Source: Octopus bimaculoides (lineage: Eukaryota). Taken from it: a stretch of 55,713 nucleotides of DNA. The notes under the pieces were generated by a model. It searched no databases, had not been told where the DNA came from, and was given only the letters and a program-made list of their open reading frames with translations. Position numbers and translations under genes: made by a program. Shown here one piece after another: positions 24,276-33,787 of the stretch (its first letter is position 1; every line of letters begins with the position of its first letter). The stretch covers positions 31,705,286-31,760,998 of the forward strand of contig NC_069003.1 in NCBI RefSeq assembly GCF_001194135.2, in the 5' to 3' direction.

Positions 24276-26317
24276 GCATGCACATATATACACATACACA
24301 CACAGAAAGGTACTATATATATATATATATACACACACATACATATAAAGGTACTTAGTGGTTGGGGTGTTGCACTCACAAGTGCGAGGTAATGGTTTCG
24401 ATTTCCAGAGCGCCACTTCTAAGAGTTCTTTGTTGAGCTCATTATTAATTTCAGTCTTATTTTATTTATCTCTATTTGTTGAGCTGCTAAGTTTCAGGAC
24501 ATAAAATGACACAAACATAAAGGCCTGCTTACATATTTTTCCATTCACTGAATTCCATTCGAGGCATTGTATTTTTTTTTTTTTTTTTTTTGACCCTGAT
24601 GAGAGAGGGGAGGAATCTTCTGTAAATCTTGATTCGTATTGATATTCTGTGACAAACTAAATTCTGTTTGCATAGTAAGATGGTCGATGTTGTGGAAGGA
24701 AGAGGAAGAACAGATGGCTCTGCCTCTTATCTCTACTCCTTATTTCTCTTCACACTTCTGTGAACCTACCAAAATTTTTTGGCATCAGTTATCTCAAATT
24801 ATTTACAGATAACTAATTTTGTTTTCTGATTAAATTCTGAAATTTGTTTTAAAGATTTGTAGCTACTACTACTACTACTACTACTACTACTATTGCATGC
24901 CATTGAAGCAACCTCTACATAATCATTTGACTTGCTAGAAGTAGAACTAAATTTTCCTCAAAAGTATATACATCATCATCATTTGTTTTAACATCCACTT
25001 TTCTATGCTTACATGGGTTGGATGGAATTTTGTTATTGAGGTAGATTTTCTCTAGCCAAATTCCCTGCTTGTTGCCAGCCCTCACCTGTTTCCAAATAAG
25101 GTAATATTTCCCCATGACCAGACATGTTTCTGCAGAAAATATGAAACAAAGGGCACTACTGCTTGCATGACAATGACCATTCCTTCTCATCTATTACACG
25201 AGGTCAAGGCAAAGGGACAGTAACACACACACACACACATATATGAAGGGCTTCTTTCAGTTTCCATCTACCAAATCCACTCAAGGTTTTGGTCAACCTG
25301 TAGCTATATTAGAAGACATTTATCCAAAGTGTCGTGCAGTGAGATTGAACCCAAGCCCATGTAGTTAGGAAGCCATGCCTACACCTACACATCAAATGGT
25401 GGTGGTGGGGAGACATTTAACCCCGAGATACTCTTAAAATGTCAGGATATTCACGGATGAAATCCTTTTGCTTATACTACAACTTGATCAGATTTGGTCT
25501 CTGTTTCATCACACTATTTCTGATATCAATAGACATACTAAATATATAATGCTGGCACAATGAATATTCTAAACTTAGAGCTGCTTCCTTCCCGGAGAAT
25601 TGTTGGTGTGACAGTTGTTCGAAATATTTAACTATCCTGACAGACAAATGTTAGTACAACTTATTTAAACCTTTAGCATTCATGCCAGCCATATCCAGCC
25701 CAAATTTTCTACTTGTTTTACATTGATAATCTGTAGAAATAACCTTAACAAGTGATGTAAAGCACACTGCTAACATTGTATTATTATGTTTCTTTCTTTT
25801 CTGGACACTCACTGCGGACCAGCACCGGTCCACGGACCACCATTTTGGGTAGCACTGTCCTATAGGTCATTAATAATCTACTTGTGTTATGTTCAAACTG
25901 GCCAGATCTGGCCTCTCACATCTACCTACAATATTATTCTCAAAATAAACAATCACATCATTGAAATCTCAGACCTACAAGTTTAATGCATGATTAATTC
26001 AAAACAATATGAGTAAGTATTAGATATGATGGGGATCTGAATGTTAAAGGGTTAAGAATATAACTCTCACACACACACTCTCTCTCTCCCCCTCTTTCTG
26101 AAGCGTTGGTACAACAAACGTTCAAAATATCTTGTATCCTACAGAAATTAAAACCTACAAAACTAATGAGTTTATTACTTTTTATTCTGGTTGAGAAGTT
26201 TGTAACTTCACTCTCTGTTTTTCTTTTTCTAGAACAAGCATCAGTGAGCATCCTTTCTATGACATGTTGGCCACCAGACGGAAAAATGCTGTCACCCATC
26301 CTTCGAAAAACACATAG
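5617..26317 (+). CDS. CYTH1: Cytohesin (Sec7 + PH ArfGEF), 5'-partial spliced CDS: join(5617-5683,7222-7340,8208->8276,8605-8717,19475-19623,21619-21730,21891-21967,22711-22867,24008-24077,26233-26317)
   Basis: Manual splicing at AG/GT sites gives a continuous frame of about 342 aa, assuming the gapped exon is 81 nt. Hallmark motifs: [32 protein letters not shown] (Glu finger), [49 protein letters not shown]. The symbol denotes the family; this is probably a pro-ortholog of CYTH1-4. Confidence 0.97.
6825..7012 (+). mobile_element. Family C repeat, degenerate
   Basis: aaaaagcacccag...gaaagggcatccagc...catgggaggcagatgttagacgacgatg. Confidence 0.7.
7222..7340 (+). CDS. CYTH1: Cytohesin exon (Sec7): [40 protein letters not shown]
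   Basis: Pyrimidine tract + cag| at 7219-7221; 119 nt; donor |gtacca at 7341 (weak); phase 0 to 2. Confidence 0.95.
7810..8001 (-). mobile_element. SINE family E, antisense
   Basis: taaagtcgaccttggccgaatctgaactcag...ctaagcattttgccc...gccagctcgccacc. Confidence 0.8.
8208..8276 (+). CDS. CYTH1: Cytohesin exon (Sec7), 3' end lost in gap: [23 protein letters not shown]...
   Basis: Acceptor ttctag| at 8202-8207. The frame matches the Sec7 segment VL.AFV.LHEF. A 10-N gap at 8277-8286 removes the expected QALR codons and the donor. Confidence 0.93.
8325..8545. mobile_element. Probable DNA-transposon (hAT-like) MITE fragment
   Basis: ggggatcc/agggtcc and ggggtctaccagaataaaatagta motifs; the family call is from recall only. 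Confidence 0.35.
8605..8717 (+). CDS. CYTH1: Cytohesin exon with catalytic Glu finger: [37 protein letters not shown]
   Basis: acag| at 8601-8604, |gtgagt at 8718; 113 nt; catalytic Glu codon GAG at 8636-8638. Confidence 0.97.
9515..9830 (+). mobile_element. tRNA-derived SINE family B
   Basis: A box gtggctcagtggt, B box gagttcgattccc, then tgtgttcttgaccaaaacactt...gctccagttcactcagctg. Confidence 0.75.
10685..10843 (+). mobile_element. Family C repeat with (GAT)n tail
   Basis: ggaagggcatccagctgtagaaatcatgcc...catgccagcatggaaaacggacgttaaatgatgatgat. Confidence 0.8.
10960..11170 (+). repeat. Unclassified dispersed repeat (family F); related pieces near 310-368, 5065-5410, 13335-13565 (-), 24895-24960
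   Basis: Shared motifs ggtcacttgacttgctagaaa...taattctaga...ctgacctggggctaaacaac recur at these loci. Confidence 0.55.
12058..12533 (-). mobile_element. 5'-truncated RTE-like LINE: decayed ORF2 C-terminus plus 3' UTR and tail
   Basis: Minus strand from 12533 reads [40 protein letters not shown] (one frameshift, stops), resembling the RTE GR(P)RKTW..V..D...LGL C-terminus. The 3' UTR ends in the family C tail. Confidence 0.65.
12753..13050 (+). mobile_element. tRNA-derived SINE family A
   Basis: A-box-like gtggctgtgtggta, B-box-like gggttcagccc, CORE-like accttgagcaagtg; homologous to 15405 and 17956. Confidence 0.85.
13110..13310. mobile_element. Partial copy of the same TTAA MITE family
   Basis: ttaatcctttaacatttaaac...cctacaatgtcattttaaaa...ataagcattacattt. 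Confidence 0.65.
15405..15767 (+). mobile_element. tRNA-derived SINE family A, near full length
   Basis: Same head (gtggctgtgtgg...ggttcagtccc...accttgggcaagtg), internal (TG)n, A-rich 3' end. Confidence 0.85.
17956..18129 (+). mobile_element. SINE family A, 5' half
   Basis: ggtgtggctctgtggtta...gggttcagtccc...ggatttggttggtggaaattgaaagaagcctgtcg. Confidence 0.8.
18130..18332 (+). mobile_element. Mariner-derived non-autonomous element
   Basis: TA + left TIR ...gctgaaaagttcctgtcttt; partial right TIR aaagccaggaac at 18321-18332. 18218-18280 translates to [19 protein letters not shown], like the mariner transposase C-terminus. Confidence 0.75.
19020..19380. mobile_element. Inverted pair of family D repeats (- 19020-19225; + 19266-19380)
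   Basis: aatatttcctaagagccagacatg pairs with atgtctggtcatggggaaatatt; the tails (atccacttttcca / tggaaaagtgggcattaaa) face outward. Confidence 0.7.
19475..19623 (+). CDS. CYTH1: Cytohesin exon (Sec7 motif 2): [50 protein letters not shown]
   Basis: ttttccag| at 19467-19474, |gtacgt at 19624; 149 nt. The FA...TSLHN signature is that of brefeldin-A-insensitive small ArfGEFs. Confidence 0.97.
20839..20990. mobile_element. Partial copy of the same TTAA MITE family
   Basis: ttaaccctttagcatttaaacc...cctacaatgtcattctaaaa...gcatgattaattcaaaa. Confidence 0.7.
21015..21247 (+). mobile_element. Intact tRNA-derived SINE family E with target-site duplication
   Basis: ggcggcgagctggcagaa...gagttcaaattcc...gtcgataaattaagtaccag...aataaagaaata; flanked by AGAAACCT(GG) at 21007-21016 and 21248-21257. 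Confidence 0.9.
21430..21540 (-). mobile_element. SINE family B-related head fragment, antisense
   Basis: Reverse complement begins gtggcttagtggtaagggtgctgcactgatgattacg...ggtttcaattc. Confidence 0.55.
21619..21730 (+). CDS. CYTH1: Cytohesin exon (Sec7 end, linker, PH beta1): [37 protein letters not shown]
   Basis: tcttgcag| at 21611-21618, |gtaagc at 21731; 112 nt; phase 0 to 1. Confidence 0.97.
21891..21967 (+). CDS. CYTH1: Cytohesin exon (PH): [26 protein letters not shown]
   Basis: Poly-T tract + ctag| at 21887-21890, |gtaagt at 21968; 77 nt. Confidence 0.97.
22150..22373 (+). mobile_element. Family C repeat (RTE-type 3' tail, (GAT)n end), young copy
   Basis: gttaggaagggcatccagctgtagaaactctgcc...cccatgctagcatggaaagcggacgttaaacgatgatgat. 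Confidence 0.85.
22548..22662 (-). mobile_element. tRNA-derived SINE fragment, antisense
   Basis: Reverse complement reads gcggcttagtggttagtggg...gagctgaaaatgagtaccagctgg (A box plus central domain-like motif). Confidence 0.5.
22711..22867 (+). CDS. CYTH1: Cytohesin exon (PH): [52 protein letters not shown]
   Basis: tttacag| at 22704-22710, |gtaaaa at 22868; 157 nt; phase 0 to 1. Confidence 0.96.
22987..23260. mobile_element. Tail-to-tail pair: family C 3' stub (+, 22987-23037) and family D repeat (-, ~23075-23260)
   Basis: (GAT)n is directly followed by (CAT)n. The minus copy carries ccttcctg..accaacc...aaggtaatatttctcatggccagaca. Confidence 0.7.
23268..23462 (+). mobile_element. SINE family E variant, 5'-truncated
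   Basis: gggcgaaatgcttagcggtattt...gagttcaaattccgccgaggtcgactttgcc...gataaattaagtaccag. Confidence 0.8.
24008..24077 (+). CDS. CYTH1: Cytohesin exon (PH C-terminal part): [24 protein letters not shown]
   Basis: ctctag| at 24002-24007, |gtgagt at 24078; 70 nt; phase 1 to 2. Confidence 0.95.
24971..25220 (-). mobile_element. Family D repeat, antisense, with (CAT)n tail
   Basis: catcatcat...aacatccacttttctatgcttacatggg...aaggtaatatttccccatgaccagacatg. Confidence 0.75.
25245..25390 (-). mobile_element. SINE family A, 5' half, antisense
   Basis: cttctttcagtttccatctaccaaatccactcaagg is the reverse complement of the family A internal segment. Confidence 0.75.
25665..26055. mobile_element. TTAA-flanked (piggyBac-type) MITE with a nested insertion
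   Basis: Ends TTAAacctttagcattc / gaatgttaaagggTTAA. The body is homologous to 13110-13310 and 20839-20990. An extra ~140 nt at ~25730-25880 includes a hAT-like end ...ggaccaccattttgggtagcactg. Confidence 0.7.
26233..26317 (+). CDS. CYTH1: Cytohesin last coding exon (C-terminal helix/basic region): [27 protein letters not shown]
   Basis: ttctttttctag| at 26221-26232; in-frame TAG at 26315-26317; the PFY.ML..R motif is typical of cytohesins. Confidence 0.94.
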
Positions 26318-27386
26318 CTTTTTGAGCACAAAGGAGGAGCACGGTTTTGAGAACGCAACACTACCCCCCCCCCCNNNNNNNNNNNNNNNNNNNNNNNNNN
26401 NNNNNNNNNNNNNNNNNNNNNNNNNNNNNNNNNNNNNNNNNNNNNNNNNNNNNNNNNNNNNNNNNNNNNNNNNNNNNNNNNNNNNNNNNNNNNNNNNNNN
26501 NNNNNNNNNNNNNNNNNNNNNNNNNNNNNNNNNNNNNNNNNNNNNNNNNNNNNNNNNNNNNNNNNNNNNNNNNNNNNNNNNNNNNNNNNNNNNNNNNNNN
26601 NNNNNNNNNNNNNNNNNNNNNNNNNNNNNNNNNNNNNNNNNNNNNNNNNNNNNNNNNNNNNNNNNNNNNNNNNNNNNNNNNNNNNNNNNNNNNNNNNNNN
26701 NNNNNNNNNNNNNNNNNNNNNNNNNNNNNNNNNNNNNNNNNNNNNNNNNNNNNNNNNNNNNNNNNNNNNNNNNNNNNNNNNNNNNNNNNNNNNNNNNNNN
26801 NNNNNNNNNNNNNNNNNNNNNNNNNNNNNNNNNNNNNNNNNNNNNNNNNNNNNNNNNNNNNNNNNNNNNNNNNNNNNNNNNNNNNNNNNNNNNNNNNNNN
26901 NNNNNNNNNNNNNNNNNNNNNNNNNNNNNNNNNNNNNNNNNNNNNNNNNNNNNNNNNNNNNNNNNNNNNNNNNNNNNNNNNNNNNNNNNNNNNNNNNNNN
27001 NNNNNNNNNNNNNNNNNNNNNNNNNNNNNNNNNNNNNNNNNNNNNNNNNNNNNNNNNNNNNNNNNNNNNNNNNNNNNNNNNNNNNNNNNNNNNNNNNNNN
27101 NNNNNNNNNNNNNNNNNNNNNNNNNNNNNNNNNNNNNNNNNNNNNNNNNNNNNNNNNNNNNNNNNNNNNNNNNNNNNNNNNNNNNNNNNNNNNNNNNNNN
27201 NNNNNNNNNNNNNNNNNNNNNNNNNNNNNNNNNNNNNNNNNNNNNNNNNNNNNNNNNNNNNNNNNNNNNNNNNNNNNNNNNNNNTCTATTATTATTATTA
27301 CCCGTTTCCATATTTTAGTGTACTCAAACATTGAGTTAAAATATATATATATATATATATATATAAATATATATACGTATGTAATG

Positions 27387-27430
<44 letters not shown>

Positions 27431-28319
27431 GTGTACTTACTCTAACCGCACATGCATATGCACACACATTCACTTGAATAGACAGTCTCTCTATTGAATA
27501 TATATATATGTATATACATATATACATATGTTTACTTTGAAAGACCAATTGCAGTTTGTTTGGGGGTCACGCCAAACCCAAAAGCTTTTTTTAGAAATGT
27601 TGAGGGGAGAAAAAGTCACTTTTATTTTACTTTTTTTTTTTTTCTAAAAAAAAAAAAAAAAACTACTGATTCCATTTCTGGTTCTGAAAGCAAGTATGAT
27701 CTTTTATGATGGTTTGGTGGAGGCTGGATTGGTGTGACGACAACAACTGTCTGATCTTTTTGTTTGTTTGTTTGTTCAGGCCATCCATCTGAAATGTTGG
27801 TGGGGGTGTTGGCAGTGGTGGTGGTTGTTTTTTTTTCTGGGGTGAAAAAACATCTTCAGAAAAAAAATTCTTGTTTTCCACAATGTCCACTGTATTCTTT
27901 GGTTTATCTTGCATTCATTTCAATACTTTTGGTGCTAATTCTTGTTTCTTCCATCCTCCTACATCACTTTGCTAAGAAATTTAAACAAAAGCCAAAAATT
28001 CCATTGTTCTAGCTGCAGGCTTCATATTTTGGGCAGTTAAAAGATTTAGATTTTTCCTTTATATTTTGTTGTCTTGCCTTGACAAGTGGGTTGTGTAGTT
28101 TTGTTTACATCGTCACATAGGTTGTGCTGTGCTATTTCAACATTTGCACTACTGTTTTGGTATAAGTCATTACAATGAGCAAATTGTAATTTATATTTAT
28201 TATATTCTCTTTGGTTTAAGTTGGGTCCATGTGTGTGTCTTTACTAACCAAAACAAAGCAAATAACATTATTATAAGCAGGAAATATAATTCCAATATCT
28301 ATTATTATTATTGTCATCA

Positions 28320-28530
28320 TCAGGGTGGTGGGTTGACAGAATCATTGCAGTATTCGTTCCACTTCTTTATATATCCTGAGTTCAAGTCCTACCAGGGCCA
28401 ACTTCACCTTTCATCCCTTCGGGGTCAATAAAGGGAAGTACCATTCAAATACTGTGGGCTAATGGTATTGTCAGCTAACTCCTTCCCTTCAGAATTGCTG
28501 GCCTGGTGCCAAAATTAGAAGCCATTATTA
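28320..28530 (+). mobile_element. SINE family E, old degenerate copy
   Basis: ctgagttcaagtcc...cctttcatcccttcggggtcaataaa...agtacc. Confidence 0.6.
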
Positions 28531-28957
28531 TTATTAACCAAAGCCTGTGGCATCTGAAGTGTTTGTCCCATTATTTACTACTGGTGCAGACACCCATTGC
28601 AGTGATTGTTGTTGCCTGCACTTTGTTTCTTTCTACTGCTAATAGTGAAGCCGTTTTCTGCAGTGCTGGATGCTTTCCCAAGTTGTCTGAGAACCACTGC
28701 GATGCTAATAATCACTTCACATCAACCTTAACATAAATATTCTTTTACCATTTTTGTTTACATTGAAAACAACACCGAAATTGTCCAACCTCTTCTTCCA
28801 AAATTTAACATTCCAAATGACAAAGTTTTTTTTACGTCAACTCACATGCTATACATTTAGTTAGAGAATTAGTGCTGGCACAAGTTGTTTTTGAATTAGT
28901 TTTTAAACAAAAGTAGGTTTTATTAATATGAAATTTTCAAATTTATTTGCAAATTTT

Positions 28958-29089
28958 TAGGAAGGGCATCCAACTGTAGAAACTCTGCCAAATCAGATTG
29001 GAGCCTGGTGTAGCCACCTGGTTCACCAGTCCTCAGTCAAATCGTCCAACCCATGCTAGCATGGAAAGCGGACGTTAAACGATGATGAT
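28958..29089 (+). mobile_element. Family C repeat, young copy downstream of the stop codon
   Basis: Near-identical to 22228-22360; the last ~50 nt are identical. Confidence 0.85.
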
Positions 29090-29454
29090 CTAATATGTTA
29101 AAAATTATCATTCTTCAATTATTCTCCTGTTCTTCTTTCTCCTGACACAACTACCAAGTTATTGCCTTCATTTGTCTGCCATTAGTTTGAAGTAGTCTGT
29201 TATTCCTTAACCATTTTGTGGTCCTCTTTCTACTAAAATATACTGCCTATGTTTTTATTGTCATCATCAGGGGTGGTGGGTTGACAGAACCATTAAAGCT
29301 TCAGAACAAAATGTCCTTGCAGTATTCATGCAGACACCTATTGCGGTAATTGTTGTTGCCGGCAACTTTTGTTTCATTGCAGGGTCATTCTGCTGTCTGC
29401 AAGGGATTAAGATGAAGAATTTGTAATAACTTTTCCATTATTTTGCTTTATTAA

Positions 29455-29521
29455 CCTTTAGCATGCTGTAGGTGCATCATGTTGCCATATGGTGACATGA
29501 TGCACCTAAGCATGTTGAAGG
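29455..29521. other. Long near-perfect inverted repeat (hairpin, ~30 bp stem including G-U pairs)
   Basis: TAGGTGCATCATGT 29469-82 is the exact reverse complement of ACATGATGCACCTA 29495-508; CATGCT/AGCATG and flanking pairs extend it. Confidence 0.85.
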
Positions 29522-31053
29522 TGAAGCTGGTGTTTGGTATTTTAACTTAATATCAAGGTTCTTACATTAAATTATGATGGGAGTTTATAATTTAAATATA
29601 GAACATTTTAAAACTGGCAGTCTCTTTTTTTTTTTTTTTTTTATCAAAGGACCAGTTGCACAGTTTCAGTGTTACTATCAAAAGGGTTAAGAATATCTAA
29701 AATAAATGTGCCCACACACAAATTCTGACACAATCATTGTCATGTTTTTTCTCTCTGTCTTGCGACAAAAATGAAAAGTTAAATAGCTGACAGAAAGGGA
29801 GTTCTTCTTGGATAGAATGATTTAAAGCTAAATCTGTGTGTGTACCCTTTATTCTACCTGGTGCAAAGTGGTGATCAAACTGTCTAGACATCTACTAAAA
29901 CAGCATCACCCTTTGAAATATGTCAGTGGTTTGGTAAATGTAATTAATTCCCATTTCTTAGAGGAATTACTGAAGAGAGAGAAGATTAAATCAGTCAGAC
30001 ATCAGACTTGGACCTTCTTGATATGCAAGGAAAAGGTCTCTAGAAACAATCTATAATTCTCTAGGCCTCACAAAATGGAAGTAGAAAAGGCCCTCAATGA
30101 CAGTCTTTTGGGTTTTTAAAAAATTTTTTTATTTTCTGTTTTGTTCTACTTCTTTTTCGATTCAATGATTTTGGTAATTCACTGCAAAGTTTTCATCGAA
30201 CAATGACTTCCAATTTTCGTCTCCCAAATTTAAAGATTTTTTTTGTTCTGGAATCAATTTGTTATTTCTATTGCTTACTTGGCTTCTGAACTTTTTGGGG
30301 TTTTTTTTTGTTTCTTTTATATCTACATCATCTCCTCACCTCCCCCCCCAACCCACCTACTACAAAAATTGCTTCAGCTTTCAGCCTTGGTTTATCAGGT
30401 TTAGCTTTTAATTTTTTTTTTTAAACTACATCTCATCATTTCAGTTCATTAATCTGCTGGTCAAAATATGTGCTATAATGTGTGTGTGTGTATGTTTGTA
30501 TATATTTCAAGTTTTAAGATTGTTTTTCATCACTATTTTGGCAAGTTACTTTGCAGTCTCTCATTTGCTGAGGAGGTCAGAATAAAACTAGAACATGTTC
30601 CAGTAGAGTTGTATCCCTTATTGCATATTTCAGCTTTGAGATATTAATGTTTTAAAAATGTTAACACTAACCGATCTATTTAAGATTATATAAGACTGTT
30701 GGGTTTTTGTTTTTTACATACATACATATATATACATATATATATTAGCAGTTATAGTTGTTAGTATTTACATTGTTCTACATCTAACAACAAACTTGAG
30801 TTTCTGATGCTCTCATGTAGTGCAGTAGGGACTCTGCGTGTATGTGTGAGAGAGAGAAAGAGTGGTGGGAAGGACTCCTCTAGTGTAGAACTGTCGAGAT
30901 ACAAAGTTCTTAAGGACCTGTCCAGTCATATCGTCTAATGAACAGCAGAATGTTCAGTTATGACTGAGAGAATGATTATTATACATTCCACATGTATATT
31001 GAAAACCTGTCAACCAACCAACGGACCAACCAACCAGCTTTGAGATTCTGTAG

Positions 31054-31089
<36 letters not shown>

Positions 31090-32224
31090 NNNNNNNNNNN
31101 NNNNNNNNNNNNNNNNNNNNNNNNNNNNNNNNNNNNNNNNNNNNNNNNNNNNNNNNNNNNNNNNNNNNNNNNNNNNNNNNNNNNNNNNNNNNNNNNNNNN
31201 NNNNNNNNNNNNNNNNNNNNNNNNNNNNNNNNNNNNNNNNNNNNNNNNNNNNNNNNNNNNNNNNNNNNNNNNNNNNNNNNNNNNNNNNNNNNNNNNNNNN
31301 NNNNNNNNNNNNNNNNNNNNNNNNNNNNNNNNNNNNNNNNNNNNNNNNNNNNNNNNNNNNNNNNNNNNNNNNNNNNNNNNNNNNNNNNNNNNNNNNNNNN
31401 NNNNNNNNNNNNNNNNNNNNNNNNNNNNNNNNNNNNNNNNNNNNNNNNNNNNNNNNNNNNNNNNNNNNNNNNNNNNNNNNNNNNNNNNNNNNNNNNNNNN
31501 NNNNNNNNNNNNNNNNNNNNNNNNNNNNNNNNNNNNNNNNNNNNNNNNNNNNNNNNNNNNNNNNNNNNNNNNNNNNNNNNNNNNNNNNNNNNNNNNNNNN
31601 NNNNNNNNNNNNNNNNNNNNNNNNNNNNNNNNNNNNNNNNNNNNNNNNNNNNNNNNNNNNNNNNNNNNNNNNNNNNNNNNNNNNNNNNNNNNNNNNNNNN
31701 NNNNNNNNNNNNNNNNNNNNNNNNNNNNNNNNNNNNNNNNNNNNNNNNNNNNNNNNNNNNNNNNNNNNNNNNNNNNNNNNNNNNNNNNNNNNNNNNNNNN
31801 NNNNNNNNNNNNNNNNNNNNNNNNNNNNNNNNNNNNNNNNNNNNNNNNNNNNNNNNNNNNNNNNNNNNNNNNNNNNNNNNNNNNNNNNNNNNNNNNNNNN
31901 NNNNNNNNNNNNNNNNNNNNNNNNNNNNNNNNNNNNNNNNNNNNNNNNNNNNNNNNNNNNNNNNNNNNNNNNNNNNNNNNACATATAGTAAGAATACTTT
32001 TACTATTTCAGCTTTGAAAAACTTTCCAGAGATTTTATTGTTTTGTATTAAAATTTCAAAACCAAATGTTGGGTGCTGGTCACCACCTTTTGAAAATATC
32101 CTAATTTAAACTTTGTCGTGTTCATTTAGACATTATATATATTTTTAATAATAACTGAGATTACCTATGTTAGTTTTAAGATAAATGGCTTGCATTATGG
32201 ACTGTAAGTTCAAATTTAAAGGCA

Positions 32225-32430
32225 GTTTCCCTAACATATGTATATTCCTCTCTGGATAGGACAGTGATCCATTACAGGATTACTCATTTTTTCCGGCCAA
32301 GAGTGGACTGGAGCAACATGAAGTGAAGTGTTTTGCTCAAGAACACAACACAACGCCTGGTCGAAGAATCAAAACCACAATTTTACAATCATGAGTCCAA
32401 CACCCTAACCACTAAGCCATGCACCTCCAC
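32225..32430 (-). mobile_element. SINE family B-related, antisense
   Basis: Reverse complement reads atggcttagtggttagggtg...tgtgttcttgagcaaaacacttcacttcatgttgctccagtccactc, matching the 9515 copy. Confidence 0.7.
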
Positions 32431-33199
32431 ATGTACAGGAATGTTCTGTCGAAACCAGCGCAAAGTACTAGCTGGCCCTATTGCTTGATGAGATTCTTGA
32501 AATGATAGAATTAACAGACGTCTGTTTATGTGTGGGAGAAGAGGTTCAGAGGTGAGATTCCTCAGCGAATATAATCACCGCAGATAAAGAAGAGTCTGGT
32601 CGTGTGATGACGGTATTTCTATGATTTCATATTTGGCAGCACACAGACACAACATGGAATAGGATTATTAAGGATTCTCAACAATTTTAATTGAACTGTT
32701 TCAAGTCGACGAAGGAAATAGATTATTTGGTGACTTAGGAAGTGTTGTTTGAAACGAAGACTATCATTTTTTTTTTTTTCTCTCTCTGTAAATATATATA
32801 TGTGGATGTATGCCTGCGTGTGTGCGTGTGTGTACATAGATTTATTTGAGGCCATTATTTCAAGCATGGGAGTTTCCTATTTGCTTTATTCTTAGTGAGA
32901 TGGGAACCTGAGCTAGCTACAGAAGAAAGCTTGGCTTCGAATAAACAAACCAACACTATTATATGTAATGACTGCTATTATTCTATTTCTAAATCACAAT
33001 ACATATGTATTATTTGTATGCGTGTGTATATATGAATGTATATATATAATATGAATGTATAACTTCATCATATCCTCAAAGCAAAATATATATATATATG
33101 TTTATATATATATATTTGTGTCTGTGTAATATGACTGTATATCCACCCCTCTCATAGTATCGTCAATACAACTAACTACATCACCACTTGCTAAGCCAA

Positions 33200-33237
<38 letters not shown>

Positions 33238-33787
33238 NNNNNNNNNNNNNNNNNNNNNNNNNNNNNNNNNNNNNNNNNNNNNNNNNNNNNNNNNNNNNNN
33301 NNNNNNNNNNNNNNNNNNNNNNNNNNNNNNNNNNNNNNNNNNNNNNNNNNNNNNNNNNNNNNNNNNNNNNNNNNNNNNNNNNNNNNNNNNNNNNNNNNNN
33401 NNNNNNNNNNNNNNNNNNNNNNNNNNNNNNNNNNNNNNNNNNNNNNNNNNNNNNNNNNNNNNNNNNNNNNNNNNNNNNNNNNNNNNNNNNNNNNNNNNNN
33501 NNNNNNNNNNNNNNNNNNNNNNNNNNNNNNNNNNNNNNNNNNNNNNNNNNNNNNNNNNNNNNNNNNNNNNNNNNNNNNNNNNNNNNNNNNNNNNNNNNNN
33601 NNNNNNNNNNNNNNNNNNNNNNNNNNNNNNNNNNNNNNNNNNNNNNNNNNNNNNNNNNNNNNNNNNNNNNNNNNNNNNNNNNNNNNNNNNNNNNNNNNNN
33701 NNNNNNNNNNNNNNNNNNNNNNNNNNNNNNNNNNNNNNNNNNNNNNNNNNNTTTTATGCAAAAAATTTTTTTTTTTTTAAATATATT

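Larger units (their letters stand above)
26318..32060 (+). other. Possible long U-rich 3' UTR / downstream region of cytohesin (end undefined)
   Basis: Follows the stop codon, is T-rich on +, and has no further exon-like signal. An ATTAAA lies at 32047-32052. Two large gaps interrupt it and there is no transcript evidence. Confidence 0.3.
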
